Positions 25,102-38,056 of a stretch of DNA of 64,000 nucleotides are shown one piece after another. Under the pieces are notes generated by a model, which was not told the origin of the DNA, did no database searches, and saw only the letters and a program-made list of their open reading frames with translations. Position 1 is the first letter of the stretch, and each line of letters opens with the position of its first letter. The position numbers and the translations under genes are program-made. The stretch is from Camelus ferus (Eukaryota), in contig NC_045697.1 of NCBI RefSeq assembly GCF_009834535.1, positions 3,040,001 through 3,104,000 of the forward strand, in the 5' to 3' direction.

Positions 25102-25620
25102 GTAAGGCGCGCGGGCTGCGGGCTGCGGTGCTGGCAGGGCCGCCGCGTCTGTGTCTCGCTGTCCTGTGTCCGCCGCATGGCTTCCCCGTGTCCCGTGTTT
25201 CACGCCCGTGTTCCCCGCTCTGTGTCTTGTGCGTCCGGATCTGTTTCTGTCAGTGTGTAAATGTTCCTTGGAGATAACACGTCACGTCAGGGAGCCAGCA
25301 GCAAGGCGGGGAGGGGATACTAGGAATCACCCAGCGCCCACCCCCTGGGCTTGTTTGAAGAGGCTTCTTCTGAGTCGTGTCATTTTATTTCCCACGTCGG
25401 CTCGCCAGGCACAGGGACTGCTGGCCCGGGGGGTCGGGAGCAGAAGCTGAGGCAGAGAGGTGGAGACGTCCCCAGCCTCAGCCCATGGTGTCTGGGCAGG
25501 GGGCGCGCCCTGCATGGCTGCAGCTCCTCCCAGGGCACAGACATGCTGCCTTCCGCACCCCTGCCTGGACACGTGTACATGACTCACACCAGGAAAAGGG
25601 TCAAGTCCTGTTTTCCTGAA

Positions 25621-25986
25621 TGTTACAGACTGGATTGTGTCCCCCTGGATTCAGGTGTTGAAGTCCTAGCCCACAGTGTGACTGCATTTGGAGAAAGGAG
25701 GCTTAGGAGGTTATTAGAGTTCCACGAAGTCATAAAGGGGGACCCCAATCTGATAGGGTGGGCAAGCTGCCTTTTAGGAAGAGGAAAAGACTCTACTGGC
25801 GCTCAGAGGAAAGGCTACATGGGGCAGAGCAGCCGTCTATGGCCAAGAAGAGAGGCTGCACCAGAAACTGAGCCCTGCCGGACCTTGATCTGAGACTACA
25901 GCCTCCGGAACTGTGAGAAATAAATGTCTGCTGTGTAAGCCACCCGGCTGTGGTACTTTGTTACCCAGCCCTCGCTGACTGATACA
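25621..25986 (+). mobile_element. MLT1A-type MaLR solo LTR, sense orientation
   Basis: Starts tgttacagactggattgtgtcccc; contains cagcctccggaactgtgagaaataaatgtctgctgt; ends gactgataca. Confidence 0.85.
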
Positions 25987-28334
25987 CCATGGAAAGGCTC
26001 TCAGGGCAAGAGAGGAAGTAGCAATGATCTCTTGCTGATTCCCTGAGAGGCATGTTAAGGTTCCAGTTCCCAGAACCTTTTGTCCCAAAGGGACCGAGAT
26101 TACGGGACAAGGAAGCCAGCTCAGCTGGATTATTCCATCACTGGACGGTCACCCAGCAGGGTCCTTGGACCTTGGATGGTTCTCACGTGTGTCATCATCG
26201 CTTGTTTTCACGACCCTCATCTGTCTGCTGAGAAGAACCCCCGATTAATGGGACGTGGGCCATCCCCACAGCTCATGGCCTTTTCTGGACGTACTGACTC
26301 AGCAAAGCCCAAAATGGCGCATCCGTGAGGGGAGAGCAGCCGGCAGGGCCCGGCGCACAGCCACGTGGCCCGGGGGTATCGTGTGGCCGGGCTGGGTGCT
26401 CACTCAAGAGGCAGACAGAAGACGCCGCAAACCTGAGTGAATCAGACTTTTAAACGAGTCACGGCAGGCCCCCCAGGGAGGTGCCTCTTCTCCCTTTGCT
26501 CTGAGGTCAGAAGGCTGACCGCTTCCCCCCGCCTGACGTGCCCTGCTTTGGGTGGCGCCGTTCTCCCTGGGGCCCCTGGCAGAGGTGAGGCCCCGAAATG
26601 AGGCCAGACGGTGGGACAATGGCCGTCTCGGCTGCTCTGACCTCGTTCCCTGGGCAGTGCCCTGCGAGCTGGGCTGACTGCCCAGGGAGGCACTGTGCCT
26701 CAGTCAATCCAGGCAGAGGCGGGAGCTGGAGCAACCCCGTGACCACCCCTCCCCGCCCTTTCTGAGCCCCCACCTCGAGTTCTTACTGCGCCAGGGTGAG
26801 GAAAAGCCAGGGTGGCCTGACCAAGGACAGGCCCCTAGGCAGCAGCCCCAGGCCTGCAGCACCCCATTTGTGCCCCAGGAGAGGGCCAGGGAGCAGGGCA
26901 GAGGGAAGGGCAGCCCTCTCCCCTTGGCAGGAACAGAGCGGCCCTTCCTCCCATTCTGTGGGGGAGGAGGGCAGGCAGTGCAGACAGGCCCCCACCCCAC
27001 TACCCACCGCAACGTGGTTCAGAAACTGTCCTTGTCGTAGCCCGTCCAAGGGCGTCCCAAGTTCAGGAGGCATGGTGCTGCGGTCTGCTCCGGGTGGGCA
27101 CAGGCCCCGCGGCGCGTCCTGGTTCCCTCCTGGCCGCTTTGGCCCCCAGTTCTCTTTGTTCAGAAATCAGACAAGGCCCCCCTCCCCTCTGGTGCAGGAT
27201 GCAGGGGACCCCAACACCCACAGTTCTGCTCCCGCCAATTTTCAGGGCTATCCATGACCTTGGGAGCCCCCAGCCTCTCCCCAGGACTCTCTCCAGGGGA
27301 GCCTGGGGCTCAGGGGGACGTCGCTGGGTGGCGGGGGTTACAGCTCATGGGCAGAGCCCAGGGGCAGGCCCTCACTCACCAGGCGTGTCCACCCATGGGC
27401 TGTGGGGCCACCCCAAGGGGGCCCATCCCCTTCTCCCTGGCGCCTCTCATCCAGACCCCCAGGTTCTGTGCATCCCAGTCTGTGGGCAGTCTGTGGCCAG
27501 CTGTGCCGAGGGCCACTTGCATTCCTCTTAGCCTGTCACAGAGCCTGGCGTCTGGCCCCACTCTCCAGGAAAACCTTCCCTGGTATCTCCTTGCAGCATC
27601 TTCAGCTTCTTTGGCTCCTCAGGTGGAGATTTTCCTCTGAACAACACTGGGGTTGGAGGGCTCGCCAAGAAGAGGCAGGCACTCACCTGCCAGTGCTTGC
27701 TCTGACCTGGCCAGGTGCCCCTTCCTCCCCACCCAACCCCCATCCCAGACACACCTTCCCACCATGTCCCGGTGCCTGGGATCACCCTCCTGCCAAGACC
27801 TGTGTGCCGCTTAGGTGCCAGTGGCAGCCATTTGCACTTTAGTATGAATTTCAGTCCCCGACATGTCTCCTGGGACAGCATGAGGTTTAAGCCTAACCTC
27901 TCACCTGTTACAGAGCAGGCAGCAGGGTCAGGCAGGTGGGTGCCAAGGGGAGGCGATGCTACCAAAACCATTTTGCTAAGCAGCCGTGAGGAGAGACCAC
28001 CGAGCCTCCTCCTCCTTCCAGGGCGTGAGAGGGAGGGCAGGCTTCACATGCGGAGCCTCAGTGCTGCTCCGCCCACTTGCTGCTCCTAAAGACACCCCTG
28101 GCCCTCGTTCCTGGGCCATCAGCCTGGCAGCCTTGGTCATCGGCTGAACCGGCATGTGGCAGGGAGCTGCACACGTGCAAACCCACTCAAGTCTTGGTGG
28201 TGTCCCGTGAGGCCCCTGCACGTGGCTGGGGGCTGGCCTGGCCTCTGGTCACCTGGAGAAGGTGCAGCAGGAGCCAACAGAGGGGGCTTCCTGAGGGCAA
28301 AGCTGAACCAACTGAGCCGCACAATGAACGACGT

Positions 28335-29060
28335 GCTGTTGGATCAGACACCACAGTATAAGTGTCCACAATCCACACTGATATAGAGAAACAATTGAAT
28401 AAAGAAATAAATAGGGGAGAAGAGACAAACCTCCGGGGGAAGAATTCGCGATAATTTATGGGGACTCCGCCCTCCAGGAGGGGCACCTGCCTCACCCCTG
28501 TCAGGGGTGGGCTGTGCACAGTGACTTCCTCCCAAAGAGGACGGCGCCAGGGGACGAGAGGAGCTGGACGTGGAGAATCCTGGCCAACACAACCTTGGCC
28601 GGGGGTCAAGGTCAATGTCACAGTGGCAGGTCACAGCAGGTGCCCCCGACGTGATGGGACCTCCCCTCTATGCTCTTCCTCCCCAAACCCTCAACCCCTG
28701 TCCCATCCAGAGAAAACATCCAGCGAACCCTGACTGAGGACAGTCTACCAAACACCCCACCAGCACGTCTCCAAACTGCCGAGGTCGTGAAATCCAAGGA
28801 GAGTCTGAGAGACGGTCACAGCTCAGGGGAGGCAGAGGAGATGTGATGACCAGTGTCACCTGGTGTCCTGGACAAGGTCACAAAAGGGACGTGAGGGAAA
28901 AACAGGTGGAATACAAATAAAGTAAATCGTGTGGACAACACCAGCGTGGCGATGCGCCATCCACACATAAGGTGGTAACTGCAGGAATGGCGTGGGGTTC
29001 GCAGGGGCCCCCGTGCAGCCCCAAACTGCTCTACAGCAAAGTGTGGACTCAGACTAACAG
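28335..29060 (+). mobile_element. L1MC-type 3' end fragment
   Basis: aaataaataggggagaagagacaaa...gggctgtgcacagtgacttcctcccaaag...ggtcaaggtcaatgtca...ggtgtcctggac pattern. Confidence 0.7.
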
Positions 29061-31421
29061 AGTAGGTGGCGCTCACCAGCCAGGGCTTCCTGTGCTCTGA
29101 CAGGCACCTCCCTAGGGGGGCTGGAGACCCCTCCCCACCGGAGGTCAGAGCGGCCTTGGTCCTGAACCACCTCCAGGACGAGCCTCAGCAGAAGGGCAAA
29201 GGGCCCTCCAAGCCTTTCCAAAGTCGCCGCCCCACCGGCCTTGCCTCTGGCTCCCCCATATCCATGTTGACATCAGGGGCCCACCGAGGAAGCTGGCCCC
29301 AGAGCAGCGCCGGAGCCGGGCCTCCCCAGGACACGAGCCCCCAGCGCTCCGGCCGGTCCTTCCTGCAGGAGGCAGCAGTGGTGGCCTGTCCGCAGGGCTG
29401 TCGTGAACAAAGTACTCTGAGTGGCCCCATGTCGGGTCGATGTTACGGTGCATTTTGTGATGATTTAGTGACCCAGTGAGTGGCAGGCGGGGCGTGTGTC
29501 CAGAGAAGGGAATGGTCAGCAGTGGACTGTGTCCTCTGGGAAGGCTTTGCACCTGAGCCTTGACCCAGGAAGGAACAGTTGGAAAGGGGGTTCCAGGGGA
29601 GGAGGGGAGGCAAACAGAGGCATCCTGGGCCAGGTCCAAGGTCCTAGATTTGGGTGACTGGTGTAGAAGCCCCTGGATGGCAGGGATGAGGTGGGTGTGA
29701 CAGGCCATTCGGGCCACCATTCTGTGCCCCTGGGTGTCAGGCCCCCTGAGCACCTGATGGAAGCTGTGGTCCCCCCGAGATACCCACACGCACACACACA
29801 GACTCCTGCGTGTGATGTGGGACAGGCCACTGTGGGCAGGGCTGGGAGCCAGGAGTCCCGTGATGAGGTGGAGTCTGCAGGTGCCTGTGGAGAGACACGA
29901 GCTGTTTGAGGCTGTGCTGGAAGCTTGCCCGGCATGGTGATGGGTGTGTGGTCCTCAGCCACTCCAGAGTCCAGGCACATGGCTTGTTTAAAGCCCCTGC
30001 TTCCACCACATCCTGCCGCCCTTGTGGGTGGATGAGTCAGCCACTGTCGGCAGAACGGATCTGGGGTTCCTTTACGTGCACGTGGAGGTGGGTGAGTGTG
30101 CACTCCCCAGGGTCTAGGAGTTTGAACTGGCCTGGGGCTCCAGAAGGTTCTGTGCGGCACTAGGGAAAAGAGGGTTCACGCCACGAGGGAGGACAGCCAC
30201 CTACCCGAGGTTCCATCCTCATGGGCAGGTGAATTTGGTGCCATGCCCAGGAAGACACTCGAAGCTGTAGTCAGTATCTGCTTTGTGGCCTCAGCACTGT
30301 TGGGGCCACTGGTTGTGGCCGGCTCGAGCTGAGCCTCCGCCACCCTGCATGCCCTGCTGGGCCCCAGCGCACCCCACCCAGGCGAGAGCACTCCCCCCAC
30401 CCGCCTACCACCCCTTCCTCGTCAGCCCGCCTCCACGCTGGACCCGGCACTCTCCTGCTGTGGAAGGCCGTTGCATCACCATGTCACTTCAGGGTCCTGT
30501 GACTTTGAACAAGGGATATTTTCAAGTCAAGAGTGTCTCTTTCCCTTTGCCAAGCTGCCATGTGCTGCGGCGAGGGTTTCCTGGGGCGAAAGGGGAGGAA
30601 ATGAGTGGTGCCTTATGAGTGTCTTGCTACAGCGAGCCGTGTGCCTCATCACGCCGTGCTCAGTGCCCATTGCATCCTGTGTCTCATTTCATTCCTTAAA
30701 CAGGTGTGTGCAGGGCGGGGAGGGTCACCGGGTGACCATGATGTCCAAATTTGTGACTTGATAATCCAACCTTGTTCGCAAAACAGAAATCACAAACCCA
30801 GATGGGATTAAAAAGATCAGAGCCAGAATCAGACGACTCTTTCTGTTTAATTTGGCAAAAAAAAAAAAAATAGCTTTATTTGGGAACATGCTGGCTGATT
30901 AATAGCAACCATCCCTTATTCCCCTGGCTGATAAAATTTACTCAGTGGCTTTTAAGGACAGACTTTGATGAATTCTAGCATTTAAACCCTATTGTGAATG
31001 GCTCATGTTGATTCTCCAGGAAAGTGGCAGTATTTTATACAAGGATATTTAGGAAGGGGGGTGCGGAGTTTGGGTGAACTTGGGGTTTTCTGGATGCACA
31101 TGTCAGCAGCCAGGCTGTGCGCCCCGAGGAGGGGCTCTGCCACGGCCAGGCCAGCCTTCGCATGAGGCAGGGCCCAGCTGGGGCCCTGCCGGGACACTCC
31201 TGCTGCTGCACCTGGGCCACTGCCGGGGGTCCCTCAAGGTTGGATTAACAAGTCTGGGGCCCCATCTGGAAGTGGGTGGGAGCCACACTCTGTCCCCTGG
31301 GCAGAGGGTTCGGTGGCCCTACTGGCAGGGGAGAGGGACCCACTAGCTTTCATGCTTGAAATGCTTTCCTCTGCTTCCCCTCGCCGCCTTCTGTCCGCTG
31401 TCCTTGCTCTTCCGTCTGGAG

Positions 31422-31523
31422 GCAGTGCAAGTGGCCGGAGCACCCCCAGCCTCTCCGTGCTCTCAGACAGCAAGCCTCCCCCCTCCACCTACCAGCAGGC
31501 TCCTCGCCACTTCCACGTCCCAG
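31422..31523 (+). CDS. ABLIM2: ABLIM2 exon: (G)SASGRSTPSLSVLSDSKPPPSTYQQAPRHFHVP
   Basis: Long pyrimidine tract ending in tctggag (GAG acceptor), gtaggc donor, 102 nt, phase 1-1; QAP.HFHVP motif. The 5' boundary is less certain than the 3' boundary. Confidence 0.9.
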
Positions 31524-32060
31524 GTAGGCGCCCGGGACGCACGGCCGCTCTCCGGGCAGACCGTCTGTCCGCACTTGAGTTGTAGGGGGCGGGGGGAGGA
31601 CCTGCCCAGGCCTCAGCGGGAGTTGCATGATCCCCAAGCCTCTCCATCTCCCCCACCCCCAAATTCTGAGATTCTTTAAAGATCTGCAGATGGGTTGCAC
31701 ATCCCCACTTGGCATGTGTGTGTTTTTCTCCAAAAGCCCTACAAACACTGGGAGACTTTGCTGCCCTCCTGGGGACGGGCTGGAGAAGGGCCGACAGGAC
31801 CCCAGATGTCCCGGGCCGCCCCCTCCAGCTGCCTCTTTCCCTCTGCCGCTTCGGATGGCAGGTGGCATCTGGGCTGCGAGGCCGATCCACGGTGTGGGGC
31901 CGGGGTGCCAGTGGCCGGCGGGGTGCTAGGTTCTTCCTGGTGATTCCAAACCTGGGTGACAGATCGCTGCTGACAAAAAGCGGTGGAATGGAAACCATCA
32001 CGATGTGCTTTCTCATCCCGCTGCGCTCTCCTTATTTTCTCTTTCTTTCTTCTTTCCCAG

Positions 32061-32114
32061 ACACTGGCGTCAAAGATAACATTTATAGGAAGCCCCCCAT
32101 CTACAGGCAGCACG
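32061..32114 (+). CDS. ABLIM2: ABLIM2 exon: (D)TGVKDNIYRKPPIYRQH
   Basis: Strong polypyrimidine tract with ttcccag acceptor, gtacag donor, 54 nt, phase 1-1; NIYRKPPIY motif of ABLIM/dematin. Confidence 0.95.
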
Positions 32115-35100
32115 GTACAGCCGGACCTCCTCTGCCGCTGCGTTTGCCCTGCATGCGTGTTGACGCCGTTGCTTCTGCGCTCTTCCCTTTGTTGCGCTCT
32201 GATACACGGTGGGGAGGGCGCCCCAGAGGCCCCACAGTCTGAGTATTAGGCGCAGATTCCCGAGAGCCCCCTTCAGAAATGACAATGAAACGTCTGTCAA
32301 GGAAGGACACCTCTGTGCGTATAAACCCAGGGCTGACTTACAGGGGCCAGGCTGGGGATGGGACTTTGTAGCCGAGAGCTGGTCTTGGTGGCTTCGGTGG
32401 TGCTACTTTGAGGGAAGCAGCCAGGCAAACTTGGGCCAAGATGGTGAGGGATGGAGGTGCTTGGACCGCAGCCTGACCCAGCCCGGTCTTTGGAGAATAG
32501 AACGCACCAGCATCAGGCATTGACTGGAGAGCTTAAGCCCTGTGTTGTGGGTGTGTCTGACAGCAGAATGAAGGACCTGGCCTTCAGTCAAAGGGAGTTC
32601 TTGCATCAGCAAATCGGGGCTGGAGATGTTTGGTGGTGCGGGTGTCTTTCAGTCCCCGGTTTCCCTCGAGGGGTGACCGTCCACCTCCGCTCCACCTGAG
32701 CCTGCCAGGCACAGGTGCGCAGGGAGCGGAAGGGTCAAGGTCTCCCCTCTGTTTCCTCATGGAGTTTCTGGTGATTTCACCATCCTGAGCCTCTGTCTCC
32801 TTGTCTGCAAAACAGGACCAGTTCCTCCACCCTGCCCTTTTCACAGGCTGGTTGTGAGGACCGAATGGGATAATGTACCTGGAAACATGTTCTAAACTGT
32901 GAAGTGCTGTACACATGATGGGGATTGTTATTGTTATTACGTGTCTAGAGAGTTGGGAAGAGGAATTCACATACTTAAATTCTTGTCCAGATGCAGTAAA
33001 AAAAACAGCCACACCCCCTGTTGCTGACCAGGGTGGACGCTGTTGGTCGGAATCATATAAAAGTATGTCTTCGGTGGGTTACTGACAAATCCGTGGTCCA
33101 GTTGTGCAAACAACAGGGTTTGTTTTTTGGTTTTTAAATTTCCTCTTTGATTGCAGTAGGCCCTGTGCTTTGTGTATTTCTTCCTCTTCCCGAGAAAGAA
33201 AACAGTGAATGAAAAGTCCTGGGTCTCCGGAAGGCGATGCCTTTTAGCACGGCTTCTCAGCCAGAGAAGCCGAGAGCACAGATCTTCCTGACGGCTCAGA
33301 GACGGAGGGGCTCGTAGGGTCCAGGGCCCTCAGAGATGGTCCAGACCAGCCCCCCGTGTCCCAGGTGGGGAAGCTGAGTCCCGGGGAAGGCAGGAGCAAG
33401 CACACAGCGGTGCCTTTGGGCCGTGGCGCCCACACGCAGGCCTGTTCTGTCCTCGCCTGCAGGAGGGACTGCTGACTTGGCTTTCGTTAGCCTCTGGCAC
33501 GTCATGTCCCACACAGGGTAAGAGGGGCAGCCCCCAGGAGGGGGACAGGCAGGAAATCAGAGTATGAAATTGCCCAGTGGCGTCTGATGGAGCCAGATCT
33601 GAGACCAAGAGCTTCCGAGACTGAGTCCTTTAACGAGATCGTGCAGTGGAGATTCTGTTTACTCTTACCAGTGGTTTTCTTTATTATTTTTTTATAATCA
33701 GCATATAAACACCTCTCCTTTCCAAAGTCAGGTAGTTTCCTCTATGACTGAACGCTAAGCAATACCAAAACCATTTTAACGTTGTAGAATTTGGGCTTAT
33801 TGGTTATTTTCCAAAATAAACCCTCTAGAGTGCCTTTCCTCTGCCAGGAGCTCAGCCACGTTGTGAAGGTGAAGCCGAGGACCACCTGTCCCCACTCGCG
33901 TGGACATGGCCGCGAACAGGGGTGGGCGTGCGTGCCTGGCGGGCCGTCCTCTCAGCCAGCTCTCTTGACACGCTCAGGACATGGCGGATGTGTCGGGACG
34001 CATCTGATTTCCAGAGCATTTGAGATGTTTTGAGTTTATAAGATTTGCCCCCTTCAGCCGGCGCACAGCTGTCGGAAGTGTGTGGGGCAGGGCGGGGCAT
34101 GCACGTGTGTGAGCATGTGTGTGAGCACGCACGTGTGTGTCTGCAGCCCTCTGGCAGCCCGCAGCCCCCAGTCCCAGCAAACCGCCCATCCAGTCATCCC
34201 TCAATGGGCCATCTGGTTGGTGGCCCATCCAGAAGCCACCATTTTCATCTCCAGACTCTGAGTGATAACGTTGAGTTCCTGGGCCGTTTAATTAATTTAA
34301 GAGACTATATTCAGTGAGTTTCAAAAATTACACTTTTTAATTAATGTATTTACTTTTCAATGTTTCATTTCCAACTCATCAAAAGTTTTTGTTTCTTTAA
34401 AAAGATTAGCAACACTCTTTTCAGTGCTCTCACCCCATTCCTGTTTTGGGGAAGCGAGCATCTAGTGTGAGGATGGCCAGGAGGGGGGAGGCCAGGTGGG
34501 GACAGCAGGTGGAGGACAAGGGTGACTAGCCGCCACGTAGCTGCATCGTGCATGCGGTGTTTCATCTCCGCACAGCCCTGCGACTGGCGTTATCACAGAC
34601 CAGGAAGCTAAGGCCAGGGCTGCGAAGTGACCTGTTGGTGGCCACATCCCACCCAGGTCTGCCTGACCGCTGACCCCTGCACCCTGCACCCACCGCTCTC
34701 ATTTTACTGCATTTAAGGGACCAACAGTATTTTCTTCAACTACCTTAGTTCTAACCCTACTTGGTTACAATTTAATGGCTTAAAAAAAGAGAATAAGATA
34801 GAGAAGAGAGGAAGCAAAAGGAATTGAGTGGGAAATAAGGAGGAAGGGGCGAGGAAGGGGAGGAAGGATCACATCCCGCCGGGAAAAGACGTGGCAAAAC
34901 AGCAGAGGGCGGGCGCGGGTGCCTCCCACCACCTGCTGGACGTCCAGCCACGACCGGGGTGCTTTTGGTCTCTTTTGAACGGTCCTGAGTGGCTCGCGGT
35001 GTTGAACCCAGGACCCTTTGAGGCAGACAGGACTCCAGCCACAGCCATGCCCCTGCCAGCTCCGATGCCCTCGCGGACCCGGCTCCTCCTCTGGAGCAGG

Positions 35101-38003
35101 GATCCGGCTTTGAGGGGCTCCAGGGGAGGCCCTGGGATGCTCGACACAGGGCAGAACATTCCTCTCAATGGAGGGAGGCTGGCCCGGTTTTCAGACCATT
35201 TAAAATGAATTCAAGAGGAAAAAGTAATGCCGCCCCCAGATTTCCCAGGAAGCTGACTGTCCAGCTACGGGGACAGATGTCTTGTTTCACTTGTAAGCAA
35301 GCACGTGGGAGCCATCCGAAGGCCATGTGCGTGGGAGGAGTGGCCCAGGAGGCAGGGGTGGCGGCCGTCCCCTCCCACACCCGCCTTTGCAGACAGAGGG
35401 GGGCTCCCTCCCTCCCTCCCGCCTCCCGGGGCCACCCACCCAAACCAGACAGCAGAGGCAGCCCGTGCAGCGTGTACTCTAAGCTCCGTTTTTGGTCCCT
35501 GTTGTAACATGGGGATTCATCTCGTCTTGTGTGTCTCTCTGGGATTCCTTGGGTGCGGGGTTGAGGCTCATTTTGGCTTTGGGATGGGAGGACAGGGAAG
35601 ACAGGCTGACTCCATATCCAGAGAGAAAATCAGAGACCTTCCACTCTCATTGGGGTGCTTCCCCCAAAGACTCACTGAGGGCTGCAGGGAGCAGGACGTC
35701 AGCCTTTCCCCAAAGGGCGCTTGCGGCAGACTCACCCCAGGGCTCAGAAGGACCTGCTTGTGGGCCAGGGAAGACGCTCTCAGTCCGACTTCTCCGGGGG
35801 TCCTGGATTGACCTGTCTTTTCCTGGCTCCCTGAAACACATGCTCCAAATCAGCAAGGCAGCCTCTTGTTTCGTCCTAATATTTTAGACCTGTAAGCTGA
35901 GTTCCTCATCATGTTGCAGCCTCACATGTTAGCCCGGGCGAGCCTCACAGCGTGGAGTGGTTGGGAGTGGGTGGTGTTTGCCCATTTTACAGACCAGGAA
36001 ACCGAGGCTCAGTGCCATGAAGGAAGCAGCCCGCAAGTAACACCAAGTGCCAGATCCTTCTCTCTGCCTAGCCGAGCTCCTGCTTCTCAAGAGAGTCCCT
36101 GGTGTGTTTTGCAGGCTGGCAGACCTGGGCTCTGGAAAGCCCTTGTTTTAAGTCTGGTTACCTTGTGCCCACCTGGCAAAGCTGGTGACGTTTGCAGAGA
36201 ACACTTGCTAAATCCCGGTGGGATATCCCCTCTGCCAGAGGTGCGGCCCGTTCTAAGCCCTGAGGTAGCTTTACAGCGGAGCTTGTGTGGCCCAACGCAC
36301 TCCCCACGGCTGTGTGCAGTCCTCAGACGCGGCATGGCCACTGGGCCCTGTGGCCTGAGCTCCTGGGGTTTCACATCCCAAAACGCCCTTCGGTTAGAGG
36401 CTGCTGATTTGCTTTTGCACGTGCAAGTTACCCCAAGTGTGGCGGTCCCTTCGGGGGCCTCTGAGGTGTCCAGGGACGCGGCTCGCTCACCTTCACCAGC
36501 AGCCCGCGCTGGGGGCCCTCCCGGACGTGGCAGCGGCGACGCTCTCAGAACGCCAAGCAGCCACTGGCCTGGCTGTCCCTGGGGCCGTGACTCTCGTGGC
36601 TGCTGTGTAGCCAGACACTTGGCTCCGCTGCCTGGCGATGGCCGTTGTCCCGGCGACGGGAGAGCCCACGTCGACGGGCGTGCGTCCACCTCTGCGCTCC
36701 CTGCCCCTCTGCCTCTCCATCACTGTAACCCCTCTCGCGGCTGGCCATCAATTTGCCTCCGCCAGGGGAGACAGCAGGGGTTTTATTTTCATATTGAAAA
36801 CCACTGTCTCTCCTGGGAGGAGGAGGAGCAGTAGCAGTCGGGAGGAAAGAAATGTCAGTGTGTCTAGAGCAGTCTTCAATTGTGGCCTTATCTTGTCAAG
36901 GTCCGGTAGCCCAATCCCCAATTTCCAAGCTCTCGGGCCTGATGTCAGTCTTGTCCTTGGTGGTGCACAAGGCAGGGGGCTCCAAAACGCTAGAAGGTCC
37001 CAGCCCTGCACAGGCGGCAGGTAAGGAGTCCACCCCAGCACGTCCTTACTGCGGCCTCGGTCCGTGGCAGGTGGCGAAGGACTGGGGCTTTCCTTTCCAT
37101 TGCTCCATGCATGGGGCCGGTGAGTCAGCCCGGGTGCACGGGCTGGGTCTCTACATGCCGGACTGGATGCTGAGAACTGTCTGCATGCCCTCGTGTGATT
37201 AACTTTCTCCTGCTTGGTTGAGATAACGTCAGCCCAGCTGGGTGACTCCCCTCCCCCAAAACAGGCCAGTGGAGAACACAGACACCTCTTCACTCAGCTC
37301 CAGATAGGCTGCTGCACAGAGGATGGTGTTGCTTGGTTCCACTGAGCTCATCTCTGGTTGTGCATTGCACCCTCTTCACTGCTCTTCGTGGAATTCTTCC
37401 AGCGGCATGACTTGCTCCCCGTTTTGTGTTTTGTGGGAAGTGAGTTGGGGCAGACAGAGGAAGGACTTTGAAGTCAGATTGCCAGGGTTCAAATGTCCGC
37501 CCCTGCCACCCGCGGATCCTTGATCTTGAGAAAGGCACGTGGTCTCTCTGATCTGAGAAATGGGTTGTTGTGTGGGGATAAGCAGCAATGTCCATGCAGC
37601 GCCCAGATGAGACTGACCCAGCAGGGGCTGGACAACTGGGAACTTCTGTTACTTTAAACTTGACACGTGCAAAGTGGGTTCTGTAAAATGCCAGGTGGGC
37701 GCATCTAAGAACAGGACGTGATTTCCCCAGGTCGGGGCTTGGCTGGAATTGTAATTAGACATCACTTCACACACCTGCTCTGATCTAAGCCCATCCTGTG
37801 CAGGCACCCAGCCCTCCGCAGGCAGCATTCCTGCCAGAACCTTCTCCAGCTGGCCCTGTCCCTCAGCCCTTAAAAGGACGAGGGCTGGCCCCTGTTTCTT
37901 TGATGAGCTTCCATTTCTGAGCATGACTGTGCCGTGGGAACTGTGACACAGACACCCGGAATCAGTGGCGTGCTGTCTTGACCAATTAATTCTTCCCTTC
38001 CAG

Positions 38004-38056
38004 CTGCGAGGCGGTCAGATGGGGAGGATGGAGGTTTTGACCCAGATAACAGGAAG
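38004..38056 (+). CDS. ABLIM2: ABLIM2 exon: (A)ARRSDGEDGGFDPDNRK
   Basis: cttcccttccag acceptor, gtaatg donor, 53 nt, phase 1-0. Confidence 0.9.
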
